This document shows positions 49,478 through 63,974 of a stretch of DNA of 64,000 bases, in pieces; the first letter of the stretch is position 1, and each line of letters begins with the position of its first letter. Where the stretch lies: assembly GCA_964016885.1 (NCBI GenBank), contig OZ024742.1, positions 71,362,001 to 71,426,000 on the forward strand, read 5' to 3'. This DNA comes from Eledone cirrhosa (lineage: Eukaryota). Both the position numbers and the translations under genes were made by a program. The notes below the pieces were generated by a model. It was not told the DNA's origin, made no database searches, and worked only from the letters and a program-made list of their open reading frames with translations.

Positions 49478-49657
49478 ATGTTTGGTATAATGGTACTGTT
49501 ACAACTACATATATACAATGTTTGGTATAGTGGTACTGTCACAACTAAGACTATGTTTGGTACAGTAGTGCTGTCACAACCAAATATATACAATATCTGG
49601 TATAGTGGTGCCGTCACAACTAAATGTATATACAATGTTTGGTATAGTGGTGCTGTT
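49478..49657. repeat. ~40-bp tandem repeat
   Basis: Five copies of atgtttggtatagtggt(a/g)ctgt-like units. Confidence 0.8.
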
Positions 49658-51246
49658 ATTTAGCATTTTTATATGTTCTAGTTTTTCCTATTGCAGGAAT
49701 TGAATAGAGCACTGTAAGCCAACACCAACAATAACACACATTAACAGCAGGGCCACAATAGTATTGTACTTGACTTCACCACTGAATTATATATAGTCCT
49801 TGTAGTACCTCCTGTATAGCTTGAGGAGGGAGACTCATTTAAAGTCTTACTCATACACACAATGCTATTAACAGGATATCAACTGTTGACTTGAACAAGT
49901 GTTTGAAGTGTGTGTGTAAATTGTTTGAGGAGTTCTAAATGTAACCATTGACTGTAGTGAACCATAAATCAATGTCTCTAATCTTAGATGTAAAGGAGAG
50001 ACAGTTGATATATATGTTAGTTTTCCTTATAAATATGGTGCAGACATGGTTGTGGGTCTAAGAAGTTTGTTTTGCAACCATGTTTTGGGGTTTGATTCCA
50101 CTGCATGGCACCTTTGACAAGTTTATTCTACAATAGCTTTCGGTAGACCAATGCTTAATGAAGGAAATTTGGTAAACACACACTGTTTGGAAACCTTGTG
50201 GGTGTGTTATCTTTGTTTCCATGTATGTCTTCATGTTGGTACTGCTTAACAACTCAGTGACATTAATGTCCCACACAAACAATATGTTCCACAGCTCGGC
50301 CATTTGATGATTGAAGATCATTGTACCATACTTAAAATTGAAGGTTGGCATCAAAAAGTGTATCTGACCGTAAAGTACTGCCTCCATACAATTGATGCCA
50401 GCATGAAAACACAGCCGTAAAAATAATGACGAAGTGAATAACAATGTTTTTTTTTATATACTTTTTACTGGTTCCAGGCCATTTATTTGTGAGAATGTCA
50501 TGAGCTGAATGAGTGTACATTACAGGCTCTTTTTACCATATATAACATTTTTAATGTAATTTTCAGCTCACACTTATGCTATCCTTCTATAAGGTTGTAT
50601 ACAACGAAGGCCATCAATTGCCTTAAGTTGAATGTAAATATATCCAGATTAAATCAAATCCAACCATAAACCCAAGCAAATGTAAACCATACACCTACAA
50701 TCAACACCAGATCCAGACCACTCAAGGATGAGCTAAAATCACACATATCCTTCAATGTTCCTACAATCTGGTAAACCAACCACTGACCCAGACCAATCAC
50801 TGGTATGGGGATGAAAGGTTTCATCAGGCTGCAGCCATCGTCTTACGTAGTTTCTACATAATAATAATAATCTATTCTGTATGAGCAAAACATGGTTACC
50901 TGGCATTGCTCACAACAGGATAACTCATCTAACCCATGGAAAAATGGACGTTAAACAGAGATGATGATGATGATGATGATGATCTGCAGTGATTATGACC
51001 CCAATGTGTGATTGGCTATGTTCTACACACTCAGTGTAACTACCTGAAATTGTTTCGTTTTCATGATAAAAGCCTTAGTCCTATCATGAAAACCAGAATG
51101 AAATGAAGTATCTTGCTCAAGAACACAATGTGCCACCTGGTCAAGGCACTGAACCCATGATCTTGATAGTAAGTTCAACACACTAATTACTAGACCACAT
51201 ACCTTTTACTACATCTCTTTCTTTTGTTGGTTTCTTGTATTTCCTA

Positions 51247-52006
51247 TGAAAAGTTCATAGACTTACTATGAAGGAATGATGTTAGGGCTCTGAAATCTTG
51301 CATGCATTAATTTCAACGTTTCTTATTAATAACTTCACTGTTTCTTTCCAGGTAAACTGACATCTGACTGTTCAAAGAAAACTTCAGATGTAACTAGTAG
51401 TAATTTTTCTTTAAAATAGACAAAATTTGGCATTGTTCTTGCAGAAAAGGGTTTAGCTCTCAAATATATTTATGCTGATATTGGAGGATGACGTTCCACT
51501 TTTATTAATAGTGTAAAAGTAGGTAGCTGAATTTAGGAAGGGAAGGGAGAGTCTTGAAGATGACCCAAGGTATGGATGCCCTACAACTGCCACCACCGAA
51601 GAAAACATTAGGTTCACCACATGGTGATGGATGGCAGGCAATTGACTATAAATCAAATAGCCAATGCTATTAGCATGTCTCGTGAGAGTGTTGAGAATAT
51701 TCTGCACAATGAACTTGGCATGACAAAGGTTTCTGCTTAGTGGGTGTTACATCTTCTGACACAATTCCTCGGTTTCGTTGGCTGTTGTGTATGACTGTGG
51801 CTTTGAACCAGTATCACAGTGATGATGTCATATCAGCTGTTGATGACTTTTTTTACTAACAGCTTCTTCACCAATGGGATCCAAGCAAAACAACACTGAT
51901 GGTAGAAGTGTGTGGACCACAAGGGGGACTATGTTGAAAAATAAACTCCATTTGGTCACATCCCATGATTATCTTGGTCAGCCTATGAACTTTTCAGCCG
52001 ACCCTA
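51247..52006 (+). mobile_element. Internally deleted mariner relic
   Basis: VAEFRKGRESLEDDPR..P.TATTEENI...ILHNELGMTKVSA*WV; TIR cores tgaaaagttcatag / ctatgaacttttca. Confidence 0.85.
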
Positions 52007-52020
52007 GCCCCCCCCCCCCC

Positions 52021-52054
<34 letters not shown>

Positions 52055-52125
52055 TTAATATAGATCTCTGCTATGTATTGAGTACCTTACTTACTGTGGT
52101 TACCTCCGATTCAACCCGGAATAAC

Positions 52126-52177
<52 letters not shown>

Positions 52178-54521
52178 AAATAAGCTTCGAGTTATTTTTT
52201 GCCTATGTTGAAATAATCTAAATAATAGGGCATATAAGCATCCTGAAAATTTACCTCTGAACACTGGGCCTATATCTCTTGTGAAAGTTGTAAACATGAG
52301 CTTTTTCTTTCAGGTCAATTTTTTTTCCAGTGTTGAACATATGTTCCTGTCAGTTTATTTGGGGTTGGGTGGAAAGAGAAGGAAAGACGCACGCACACAC
52401 GCGCGCGCGCGCGCACACACACACACACAGAAACAGACAGAGAGAGAGAGAGAGACACAGAGACACAGACAGAGATGAATGAAATGTTTTGGTTGAATTA
52501 AGAAAAGTACATTTATAAACAATTAATAAAGGAAAGGAAGTAACAAGGAAATGAAACAATTATATCTTTCTCATACCTTATACCTTCCCATTGCCTCTCT
52601 TCCTCACACCTTCCCATTGTTTCTCTCACACCTTCTTATTGTCTCTCTCACCTTTCTATTACCTTTCTCTCTTTCTCTTTCACCTTTCCATTACCTTTCT
52701 CTCTTTCTCTTTCACCTTTCCATTACCTTTCTCTCTTTCTTTCTCTTTCACCTTTCCATTACTCTCTGAATATATTACTTTCTCCTCGCCCCTCAGCTAC
52801 ACCAGATAAAATGAGTGAAATGAGGTTGCTCTGATATGACTGGGGCCCCATGATAGTCTGTCCAACACTTGCTAGTGTGGAAGACATGTAAATTGATGTA
52901 TATACATATTTGTGTATATGTTGTTGAGCCCTTATTTTATTTTGCTGTTACTACCTGTTACAACACATCAACCCCTCTTTTATTCCTGTACCACTATTCT
53001 GAACAGCGTCTTCCCAGTATATTATTAAATATGTTATGTTGCTCTCTTGGACAGTGTCTACTGTTGGATCATGTCCTCTCTTCATTTGAAATGTTAACCT
53101 ATCATTCATTTTCTTTCCCAGATGTTTCTAAGCTTCCTCCAACACTGCACTAACCCTTTCCATCATTCTGAGTCCCCTGAAGATGCTAGTGTCCATGAAA
53201 GACTTTATATCTATTTTGTTATGTTGAACATTTAGTTTTTGGGAAGTTGATCATGGGATTGATATTCTGTGTGTGTTCGGGGGGGGGGGGGGGGGGGGAT
53301 TGCTCACATCAAAGAAGATTTAGTTCTAATTATTTTTGACAATTTGGGTGATGGTTGGCCTTTCTAACTACTGTTGAAATTTGAGGTGTTCACTTTTCAC
53401 TATATTGCCCTTTAGCGAGGGATGAACTCTTGAGTGTACACTTTGTTTTTGGAAATGGTGGCCTTTAAACAATGGATGGAAAATTTAGAGTTTTCACATT
53501 TTGGCTGCCAATTGTGGCCTTTCAGTTGTTGTTTCAAAACTGGGTTGCTCAGATTTTAGTAATGGTTGACTTTGCTGTAAACTTGCAGTGCTTGCTTTTT
53601 TTGGTAATGGTAACCTTTTGGATGCTGCTCAATACTTTCATCATCATCTTTCACTTGCACATTATTATTATTATTATTATTTTTTTTTTCAGTTTTAGTA
53701 ATTGTATGTTGCAAATTTAGTTTCAAAGGTATTCTCTTAGCCCTAGGGTAGTGGTGGGCAATATTTGTAATAGTAAAGACTTTCTTATTACTTCTCTGTC
53801 ATCTGTTTTTTTCTGACAGTGTCTCCTAGATAGGTGTTTGTGTGTGTGGAAAATATAACTTCATACTCTGCTCACATGTATTGAGTGCTCATTCACTTAA
53901 TGTTTCATTGTTCTATGTGTGCTTATACATAAAACATCTCCTTCAGTTTTTAGCTTAGAAAACATAGTTTTTTAAGTGAATGCATATATGTGCATTGTTT
54001 GTATATTAATAGCTCATCATCATCATCACCACCACCATTTAACATTTTTCATGTTTGCCTGGGTTAGATGGACTGTCTCATTACGAAACAAGACAGGTCA
54101 GGTTTTGCTCATATGCTCTGATTTTGGTTTGGTTTTCCTTGGCTGGACAATCTTCCTAAGGTTATATACTTTACATTGTAGACTGGGAGATTTTTTTTGT
54201 GACACTAGCTCTATCACCTTTCAGGGTGGACCAGGCTCTTTTTGTCATGACACCAGTACAATCCCTTTACAAGGCAATATATATTATCGTCATTGTTTTT
54301 ACGTCCATTTTTTCCTTGTCCCTCCATTAACCTATACTCCTCCCACCTCACTAGTATCGTGTTTAATGTCTTGCATACTTGTGTGACTCAGTTTCATTTG
54401 CTTTGTTTCATTTGTCATCATTTGCCCTTTGTATTTTTCTACCGCATTGAACCGGCTTTAAAAAAAAAAATGATCGGTCTTTTACTACATATCGCACAAT
54501 GCTTTGTATTAACTACATTAC

Positions 54522-54645
<124 letters not shown>

Positions 54646-54959
54646 GAGCTAAAGAAGAATGGACCTCCTAATGACCCTATTAGGTAGAGGAGGAAGATAT
54701 TGAAACTAGATTAATTCCTTGATTAATGAAATCTCTAATGTTCTCTGTAATTTGTTGAGTTAGTACTCTTATTTTTGATGATTCTGTTGGTAGTGTAGAT
54801 GGTGCTGGTGGGTGTGGTGTTGATGGTAGTGGTGATGGGGTTGATGGTGGTAGTGTTGTAGGTGGTGATGGTGGAGCCATTGTAATTAGTGTGTATAGGA
54901 TTTTGCACTGACAAGTTGACATATCAATTATAGTAAATTATTATTCATTGTGTATATAT

Positions 54960-55000
<41 letters not shown>

Positions 55001-55482
55001 AATATAAAAAAAAATATATGTATGTGGGTTTGTGTGTATAAATGTTTGTGTGCATGTGTGTGTGTATATATAAATATATATATATATATAAATACACACA
55101 TATATACACACACATACATATATACATGTGTGTGTTGTATATCTATGTATATATGTATGTGTATATACATATATTTGTGTGTGTGTGTATTACTGTGGTG
55201 GTACTATTTAGCCACATTTTAGTCCTGAAGCAGCAGGCCAATGAGCAAAGACATTTAAGTTATTTCCAGAGGAATTTTGTTTAAAGCATCATATTGTATT
55301 TTCATGTGATTAAAAAGGGCGATATTGCTACTATTTCTGGCAGATCCAGCAATTTACATTGCTTGTTGTGGTGTCTGATGTTTACATACATGCACACGCA
55401 CACACACAGTAAGATATACAGACTAACAGATGTGTGTGTTTGTATGTATGTATATATATATATATATGCGCATATATATATA

Positions 55483-55598
55483 TCATCATCATCATCATCA
55501 TCATCATCAACGTTTAACGTCCGTGTTCCATGCTTGCATGGGTTTGGACGGGGGTAGTCCCACTTGAGGCAAGAGTGATTGTCTTGCTCGCATAGGAC
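55483..55598 (-). mobile_element. RTE family A 3' tip (other tips at 15199-15230, 15757-15802, 16612-16660, 50875-50982, 63900-63951)
   Basis: Matches 846-960 at all but one base. Confidence 0.9.
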
Positions 55599-55746
55599 TA
55601 TATATATATATATACATATAATATGATTTTTAAAGCGATGAAATACCAATGAAGGTTGGAAAATCACTGATGGACTATTTTTATCATATGTAACCCATGT
55701 GCAACCACGCAGTATTCTTTCTTCTCATGTTTTTTATATATGTATG

Positions 55747-55779
<33 letters not shown>

Positions 55780-55782
55780 ATA

Positions 55783-56118
55783 CAGTTGTCCTCCCCGGTA
55801 TTCGCAGGGGTTACGTTCTTAGAGCACCCGCGAGTGAAAAACTGCGAATAATGGATGTGGTCTATAAAGATGCCTATAAACGTCAAAACATAACGTAAAA
55901 TATATGCCGGCAAATATGGTATATTGTTATTAATTAGCATTAAAAAGCATGAAAAAATATATATTGCCATGAAAAAACCCGTTAAAAAATCATGGAAACT
56001 ATTTACGTTCCCGCGAATATGCGGTGGTTTCCTCAAAATTGTTAGTTAGGTTCTAAGAAGAATTTTGTGAATAACTGGGACCACAAATGATGAGACTCTG
56101 AATGCCTGTGGTACACTA
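55783..56118. mobile_element. Tigger/pogo-like MITE
   Basis: TA-flanked, begins cagttgtcctccccggtattcgcagggg, internal cgcgaata motifs, degenerate right TIR. Confidence 0.65.
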
Positions 56119-56652
56119 TATATATATATATATCATCATCATTTACTGTCCGCAGTTCCTGGAGCAAGGTTTGGATGGGTCTACATAGACTAAGTCAGTA
56201 CTGAAGCGAGGCTCCTGATCTCCTGGCCTGTCTGCATCTCGATTACATCCAGTCTTAAGTGCACAAGGGGTTTGTCATTTCTTCGATACAATTGAAGCCC
56301 CCCCCCCCCCAGCTCTTTGTTTGGCACACTTTCTATGGCTGGATGCCCTTCATATCAGCAATCATTTTACAATGTGTACTGGTTGCAGTTTCTTTTGTTT
56401 CAAATAGGATTTTTTTTTATCTTGGTGCTTGTGTCAGTGGCTTTCCTCTCTTTTCTTTGTCATATAATTAGCTGTGTATGTGTGTAGAAGGGTGTATTTT
56501 GGTGTATACATGATGAAAGTTGATTCAATAATGAAAGTTGATTCAATAATGAACAGGATCACTGACCATTGCTTGTTTGACTAGCTAATGATTTGCAACC
56601 TTTACCAGAACTATTACAGAAATGTCTCTTCTTTGTTAAATACAATTCAGAA

Positions 56653-56800
56653 TCATGTCACTAGGAACTTTTCTTCTAATTCTTTGATTGATTCATCTAT
56701 GACAACTAGATTGTTGGTATACATTTGTTTACACAGATAGCTAGTCTTGAATTCATCAATTATGGCATAGAGAACTATAATAAACAGGGATATATAGCTG
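56653..56800 (-). mobile_element. Very old RTE RT relic
   Basis: LFIIVLYAIIDEFKT...IDESIKELEEKF. Confidence 0.75.
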
Positions 56801-58029
56801 TAACTACCAATGTAAAAGGATGTGTTGTGTTGCATCCTTTTACACCAAATATACTTAGCCATTCAATAAACAGAGATTGATAAAATAAATATGCAATTGA
56901 TATGATTTGACTTGAGAACTATTTCCTAGATTGTCAGTATTCCAAAGACTGAAACCAATAAAAATCTCTTGTTTATATTTTAATCCTTTAAGTATGGCAG
57001 TCGTCAATAAGTAATTTACTAAAGTATGTCGACGGAAGTCATTAATAAGTGATTCTAATTGTAATATTTTTTAAAAGTATCAAAATCCAATTTTAAAATA
57101 GTTATTTTCATCATTTTTCTTAGTGTTATGAACTATCATCCTCCTTCCAAGTAATAATCCCATAAAAAAAAGGTGGATTTAACTTGGAACATTAAAACTA
57201 CATTTCTCCAAGGAGCTGTCTGGTCTTATTCCCCTTCTATTCAGGAACTCCCAACACACTCATCTCTCCCCCTCTTCTCATTTATATTTGTTCACTTTTA
57301 CTTGAAAACAAAACAAAGTAAATAAAAGCAATTTATATTTCCTCTGAAATATTACCAATTACTGTTGGTGTATATTTCGGGAGATTCCAGTTGTTGAAAA
57401 TTATTCAATGCATGTACCTTCAATTTTGGCTATTTCCTGTCACCTTCCTGTCATTTATCTGAATGTTAGGAAAGTGTCAGTAATTTCTATATTAGTCATA
57501 CAATAGTGTGAGGTTGATAACAAATTATACAAAAAACAAGGAGTAGTCCTCTGCAATTTTGTTGTTGTAATCATCAATTTTTTCTATAATATATCCCAAG
57601 AACTCCAGGGGCTCTGTTAAGAGTGGTGCTTACACGTGTGTTTGATGTCATTAAATGGATACAAACTTGCATTTCCTAGATATCACTGAAAGATATAACA
57701 CTTATTCTTGAATTTCTGGCAGTTTGTGAGACTGATGCAGATGGAACTTAGTTATTATCCTTTTAAATGGCAGCAAATTGGTAGGATTTTTATGTTTAAT
57801 TATATGTCTTATAGATGGCAAGAAAGGAAGAATTGTTACAACGTTGGATTATTTGCTTTTATTCTCAGCACTTCAAGTTCAAATCCTGCTGAGGTCAACT
57901 TTACCTTTCATCCTTTCAGGATTAGTTAAGTACTGGTCAAGGGACAGTGGGTTGGTGGAATTATTAAAAAGCCAGATGGAATATTTTGTGGTATGTGATC
58001 CAACTCTGTGTAGTCTGAGTTCAAATCCC

Positions 58030-58162
58030 ACCTCCTTCTACCAGGAGTTATGACCATCAGATTATATCAGAAATGGAAAGACCAATGGAAATAGTTTCCT
58101 TCTTCTGATCTGTGTTGAGCTCCTTTCCTCTCCTTATAGTTATAATTTGTAGTAAATTTGAA
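58030..58162 (-). pseudogene. Decayed duplicate of the 61236-61406 candidate exon
   Basis: KKETISIGLSISDII*WS*LLVEGG aligns to KKSVSIGLSIADTVCLSQVLEEER; ttttcag acceptor; 3' end abuts a SINE fragment. Confidence 0.4.
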
Positions 58163-59774
58163 CTGAAAACCTATCAACTAGTTGCTTGTTCAGTAATTCA
58201 TATCCTTTAATTCAGTTCTTGTCTCCAAACATGGTTTTCACTCAAATATTTGCTTTCAAATGCTGCACAAACTTAGTAGATTTTCTATTTGTGAGTGCTT
58301 AAACTGTCTCACAGAGAGATAAGAATGCATCAACTGACTGACAAGTTCTCTGTTTATCATTTATCACAGTTGACTCCTAGAAAAACATATTTGTTGTTGA
58401 TTTAAGTTAGGCTACAACTACCAGCCTCTTCCATTACAACCACCACTACCTTTACCATCACCACCAGTTCTGGTTGATAAAAAGAAACAGAAAATATATG
58501 TTAAAATGAAATAAAAATATTAACTCCCCCACCTTGAAAAAACAAAAAATAATCAAAAACAAGAAAATAATTTCATATGGAAACCATTTTCATGTGAGAA
58601 AAATAGCATTATGGATACCAGTACCATCAACACCATCACCAACAACATATTGCTGTTATGACAAGTGCTACCACAATGATGATCACGACCACTGCCACCA
58701 CCCACACCCCACCACATACCAGCAGCACCATCATCAACAACATTGCTATTATGACAACCACTACAACACACCTTTATCACCCCTCCCCACATACCATCAG
58801 CATCATCACCAACAACATATTGCTATTGTGACAACCACTACCACTTCACCCACCTATTTACAATAAATTAGACACATCTACAAGTTGTATTTCATAAACT
58901 CAATGTCACTTGGGTGCAATGAAAAGCTTCACAACTCATGGTTTTGGGTTCAGTCCCACTCTGCAGCACTTTGTGTTTTTTTACTATAATCCCGAACCCA
59001 GTCATTTCATTCTATTTCTTTTCACAACATTGATCACTGGTTATATTCTCATCATGCTCTGCAATTCATTGTTTGTCTTCCTCTATCTGACCATACACCA
59101 AACCATTAAAAAAAATACATTGAGGACCCGAAAAGATGTAAAGAACTGTTATTGGTGAAAGGGGGTAAAAAAGATGAAATACTGGTTAATGTAAACATCC
59201 AAATCTTTTAACTAGATGGAATTAGTGACCAGCCATTCCTTAGCATAGTGGTTAACACTCTTACTTAGAATCCAAGAGATACAGGAATTCCTCACAGGTG
59301 CCTCTATCCACGTTGTTCCATTTCTAGGAGTACTTTATCTGATTTTCTTTATCATTTGTAGTGATCAACTATTATTATTGTGATCATTTGCATTGGGATA
59401 ACTCATTTCAAATGTTATATAAGTGCACAACAAAAAAACTTGTACTGTTTACATAGTTTTCTTTGATATATCATATCCACTTTACCCCTCTGTTAAGCTC
59501 CAGTTTCACTGACAAATCAAACCACCAATGGTAACAAATGCTGTTGATGAAGGAATGGCTGTTCTTTTGTCACAGAGGAATGAATAACTGATCTCTAGTG
59601 AAACTTTGCTAAAATTTGAAACTAATGAAACTGATCTCTCTCTTTTTTTTTTCCCCGAAAGCAAAGAACCTGCAGTTTAATCCTGGTGTCTACTATTTCA
59701 TAGTGAGGTTAAATTTGTTTACTAAAACAGACCTTCATGAGTTTACTCTACATTTCTCTTCCTTCCTATCCTTT

Positions 59775-59828
<54 letters not shown>

Positions 59829-60149
59829 CTGGTTCAATCCCTATGTGGAGCTCATATTTCACTTCCTTCAGCTGTCAATTGGTAAGCTGTAGCTATATAT
59901 GCTCATTCTTCCAGTTGCCAGCTCAAGTTTCAATTCCCTTTATTTCTGTTTGTCAGCGAGGTGAAGTCAAAATGTAAATAATCCTACTGAATCAGTTATA
60001 CATAGGAAGTTTGCTAAGTTTCTCTTAGCAACCTTAATAACATTTGATTGTCAGTTATGTTTTGGCTGAGCTTTAGTTGTTGTAGGTTCAGTTTTAGTTG
60101 GTGACTGTTTTCTGTTTTCTATTTAATGTATATTTTATATGTATATATG

Positions 60150-60665
60150 AACCCATAATTTCTGATGGAGTCAGGGGTGCCGTAATGACATACAGCATAT
60201 CTTAGGTATTTTAAACCGGCCATATGAATTCTCTCACCTCTTTCTGTTCAAACCAGCCGTAACTGGCCACTCATACTGACGTTAAGGTATTGATCTCAAA
60301 ATAAATAACATCAAAATCTCATAGATTTGATATTATGTGAGATAATTATGTAAGATAAACCCTTTACCACAAAAATACAATAGTATATATAGAATAATGT
60401 AAATGCTTGGGTGTTTTAAACCTGGTGGAACCCATCCCACTCCAGATCAAGACAGGCGATTTCTTCCAGAGAAGGAGAGAGACAGGGAGTGATAGAGGAA
60501 GTAAGAAAGAGATATAGAGGAAGAGTCAACCCCAGTACTAGACTTTTACTTTTCAAAAAGATAAAAGGGCAAGTTGACCTCATCAGGATTTGAACTCAGA
60601 GCACAGAGAGCTGGAACAAATACCACAAAGCATTCTATCTGATGTTTTAAGAACTTTGCCGAATT
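60150..60665 (-). mobile_element. Older Meta-like SINE interrupted by a piggyBac-like MITE (near 60210-60406)
   Basis: ggatttgaactcaga B box; body matches the 48585 copy; MITE matches the 29903 copy. Confidence 0.65.
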
Positions 60666-61235
60666 GTGCTAGTAGATACTATACAGTGAAGCCATATAGT
60701 TTAGTGATTAGGGTGTTCAGTTAGCAATTATAAGGTTGTCAGTTTGATTCCTGGTGGTGGTGCGTTGTGTCCTTGAGTAAGACACTTTATTATTTTACAT
60801 TACTCCAATCACACAGCTGGCAAAACCCACAATTCAAAGAGCCAACCTTGTTAGACAAGAACTACATTAAGAGTGCACATGACTGTGGAATGCTCAGCTA
60901 CTTGACGTTGATTTTACAAGAAAGCTTCTCCTTTATCCGACTGTATTAAAAATTGGAAGGAAGCCCCCCCCCCCCCCCCCATTATATCAGATTTTAATTA
61001 TCTACAAAATAATATTCATTGCACAATACAATTTTTTTTGACATATTAAAACAGTGAGAGGAGATAAACAACATTCTCAATACAATGATCCATGCTAATT
61101 TTGGGCTCTAGAAGACTTATGTAGCTCAATTTAGTGCATTTCTTTGTAGAAATATATGTTTACTTAACAATTTGTCAATTTCTTGAAATTTTGACTCAGA
61201 ATCGATATTTGAAGCCTTAGATATGTGTTTCTTAC

Positions 61236-61406
61236 CGCACGGGAATACGTCATTTCGACAAGTAGCGTCAATATGCATTACAAACATCCATGGTATTCCC
61301 CTTTCTTCTTCCAGGACTTGTGACAGACAGACAGTATCAGCAATGGAAAGACCAATGGAAACACTTTTTTTCCTTGGTTTGATCTGACAATCAGTTCCTT
61401 CCTTTT
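61236..61406 (-). CDS. Candidate host coding exon (171 nt, phase 1-1), product unknown
   Basis: tttcag| acceptor, G|GTAAGA donor, open frame KEGTDCQIKPRKKSVSIGLSIADTVCLSQVLEEERGIPWMFVMHIDATCRNDVFPC, local CpG retention. Confidence 0.45.
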
Positions 61407-61900
61407 CTGAAATCTGTACAGCAAATTTTCACATTGGGAGATATATTTGATTAAGAAATGTGAATCAGTTGACTATATTGATTGTATTTGTATGAAATGA
61501 TCAAATAATTAAATAAATAAATATTGATATTTTGTGTAGAGGATTGTGTAAAAGTCAAAATAGTGACGAGGTAGTAGTAGCGGTATTAGTGGAGGTAGTG
61601 GTAGTAGTTGTTGTTGTTGTTGTAGTAGTGGAGATAGTTGTGGTATTAGTAGTAGTAGTGGTGGAGGTAGTAGTAGTAGTAATACTGTGACAGCAAAGGT
61701 TTGTAGATTTACTTGTGTGCAGTTTATGGCAATATCATACACCCCCACACCTTACAAAGCCCTTTTCAATTGTAATAAGTAATGTCAGATCATGAAGAAA
61801 ACACTGCAAATGAGAGATGTCACTTTACCACATCTCTCATGAAATATGCTGCATATGTTTTAAATAATTCTAAAAATAATGAATAATTCAGAGGAATTTC

Positions 61901-62083
61901 ATAATTGTTTCTACTTTAGGCACAAGGCCAGCAATTACCCAGTACCTTACTGGTACTTTATTTTATCGACCCCGTAAGGATGAAAGGCAAAGTCAACCTT
62001 TCATCCTTACGGGGTCGATAAAATAAAGTACCAGTAATGCACTGGGTAATTGCTGGCCTTGTGCCTAAAGTAGAAACAATTAT
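61901..62083. mobile_element. Palindromic double-tailed Meta-like SINE insertion, followed by a ~130-bp tandem duplication (62148-62278)
   Basis: Two SINE 3' halves facing outward, flanked by direct repeat tcagaggaatttcataat (61888 and 62086). Confidence 0.88.
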
Positions 62084-63476
62084 GATCAGAGGAATTTCAT
62101 AATATAACTAATTTCCTCATTATTAATTTGATGCTTGGAACAGAACATAAAATAAAGTACCAGTAATGCACTGGGTAATTGCTGGCCTTGTGCCTAAAGT
62201 AGAAACAATTATAATCAGAGGAATTTCATAATATAACTAATTTCCTCATTATTAATTTGATGCTTGGAACAGAACATGGTATATCACGTGACTAAGCAGC
62301 TAATGTTGGGACTCAAGATCATAAGGTTGTGGGTTCAATTCCTGGACAAGTAGGCATGTTGTGTTTTTGAGGACACTTCATTTATTGTTACTTTATATGA
62401 TAGGACTGGACACTCTATTATAATCACCTAAGGAACCTTTCAGTGGCAACCTTGTAGGAGGCCAGCTAAACCTACATAGTTTCATTAAAATAATTTTGGA
62501 AATAACCAAGAATTTGGAAGGATTTATTATTTGTAAACTGAAGTTTGGGGCATAACTTAAGGTTATTACATAAAATATTGATGGAAAGATATGAGCTAAA
62601 TATAAACATTTTAAAATAAACAATTTTGCACCATAAAACCAGGGGTGAATTCAGGCTGTTTGGTATCAAAAGGGTTAACCAATCATTCAGTGAAAAATAA
62701 TTTGTAACAAGACCCAAAATAAAACAGTTTTACAATACTGCAGCAGCTGTTGTTGTTAGTATTAGGGACCACAGAAGCAGCAGATGTTGTAGTTGTAACT
62801 ATAAGGGACAACAGAAGTAGATGTTGTTTTCAACACTGAATAGCTGCAAGACAAAAAATAAAATTTAATAAAGTTCTTTGATTTGTGTCTCTGTGTATGC
62901 GAGTTTGTGTTTGGTTGTATTTTTGTATGTATTTGTGTCTGTCTGTTTGTGTGTATTTTAGTATGCATTTCTGTGAGTTTTTATGCATGTGTTTGAGTTT
63001 GTGTTTGTGTATACCTTACTAATCTGGTCATTTGTGTTTAAGTGTATTTTTGTATGTATTTGTGTGTTTTTGCATGTGTTTGTGTGTACCTTACTAATCT
63101 GGTTGCTTGTTAACCTTCAGCTGACTGTCACTCAAGCTATTTTCTCCCTGTTGCAATAATCCATTAAATCTGACTTAAACTTCAGCTACTAAACCTAGAC
63201 CAACATTTTTACGCTTGTCTATTGACTTCATATTGAAAAACAACTCCATTAGTTTTCCAACGAAGCTCAATCTATACAAGTTCATGAGTCTTTTATTAGC
63301 AGCATAAACCCCCCCCCCCCCACACAAAGTATATCATCATCATCATCATCACCATCGTCGTTTTAACACCTGGCTATATTTTAAAGAGTCAGGATCTGGC
63401 GGCTGAGCTCTTGCTATTTCAACAGCTAGTTTTGGACTTGAGTTCAGAACTAGCTGTCCCAACTCTTTATTATTAT

Positions 63477-63817
63477 ACACACATGGCTTAGTGGTTAGAG
63501 CATTGGCCTTGCAATCGAAAGGTTGTGAGTTCAATTCTCAGACTGGGTGATGTGTTGTTTCCTTGAGCAAGACACTTTATTTCACATTGCTCCAGTTTAC
63601 TCAGCTGTAGAAATGAGATGATAGGGACTGGGGTCCCTATCATTCCACTGCAAAGTGGTCGTGTAGGTGCCACGGCAAAAAAGCACCCAGCACTCACTGT
63701 AAATGAGGTTGGTGTTAGGAAGGGCATCCAGCTGTAGAAATCAAGCCAGAATCAGTTCCCGTCCCACCCATGCAAGCAGGGAAAAGCGGACGTAAAATGA
63801 AATGATGATGATGATGA
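63477..63817 (+). mobile_element. CORE-like tRNA SINE with RTE tail
   Basis: Matches the 4476 and 12768 copies. Confidence 0.88.
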
Positions 63818-63974
63818 CATATATATATATATATTTATTATGTGTTCCAGCTAATAGGGTGAGGCCATGCTGGAGCCCTGCATAATATATATATATATAA
63901 CCCATGCTAGCATGGAAGATGGACGTTAAACGAAGATGATGATGATGATGATATATATATATATATTATATAAT

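Noticed and set aside
54680-54922. Pro/Ser/Thr-rich 80-aa ORF
   Set aside because: Mostly CCA-type low complexity, with no donor site or homology
62762-62841. Strong minus-strand acceptor ttttttgtcttgcag
   Set aside because: All frames stop within about 27 codons and no clear donor follows; cannot be supported without RNA data
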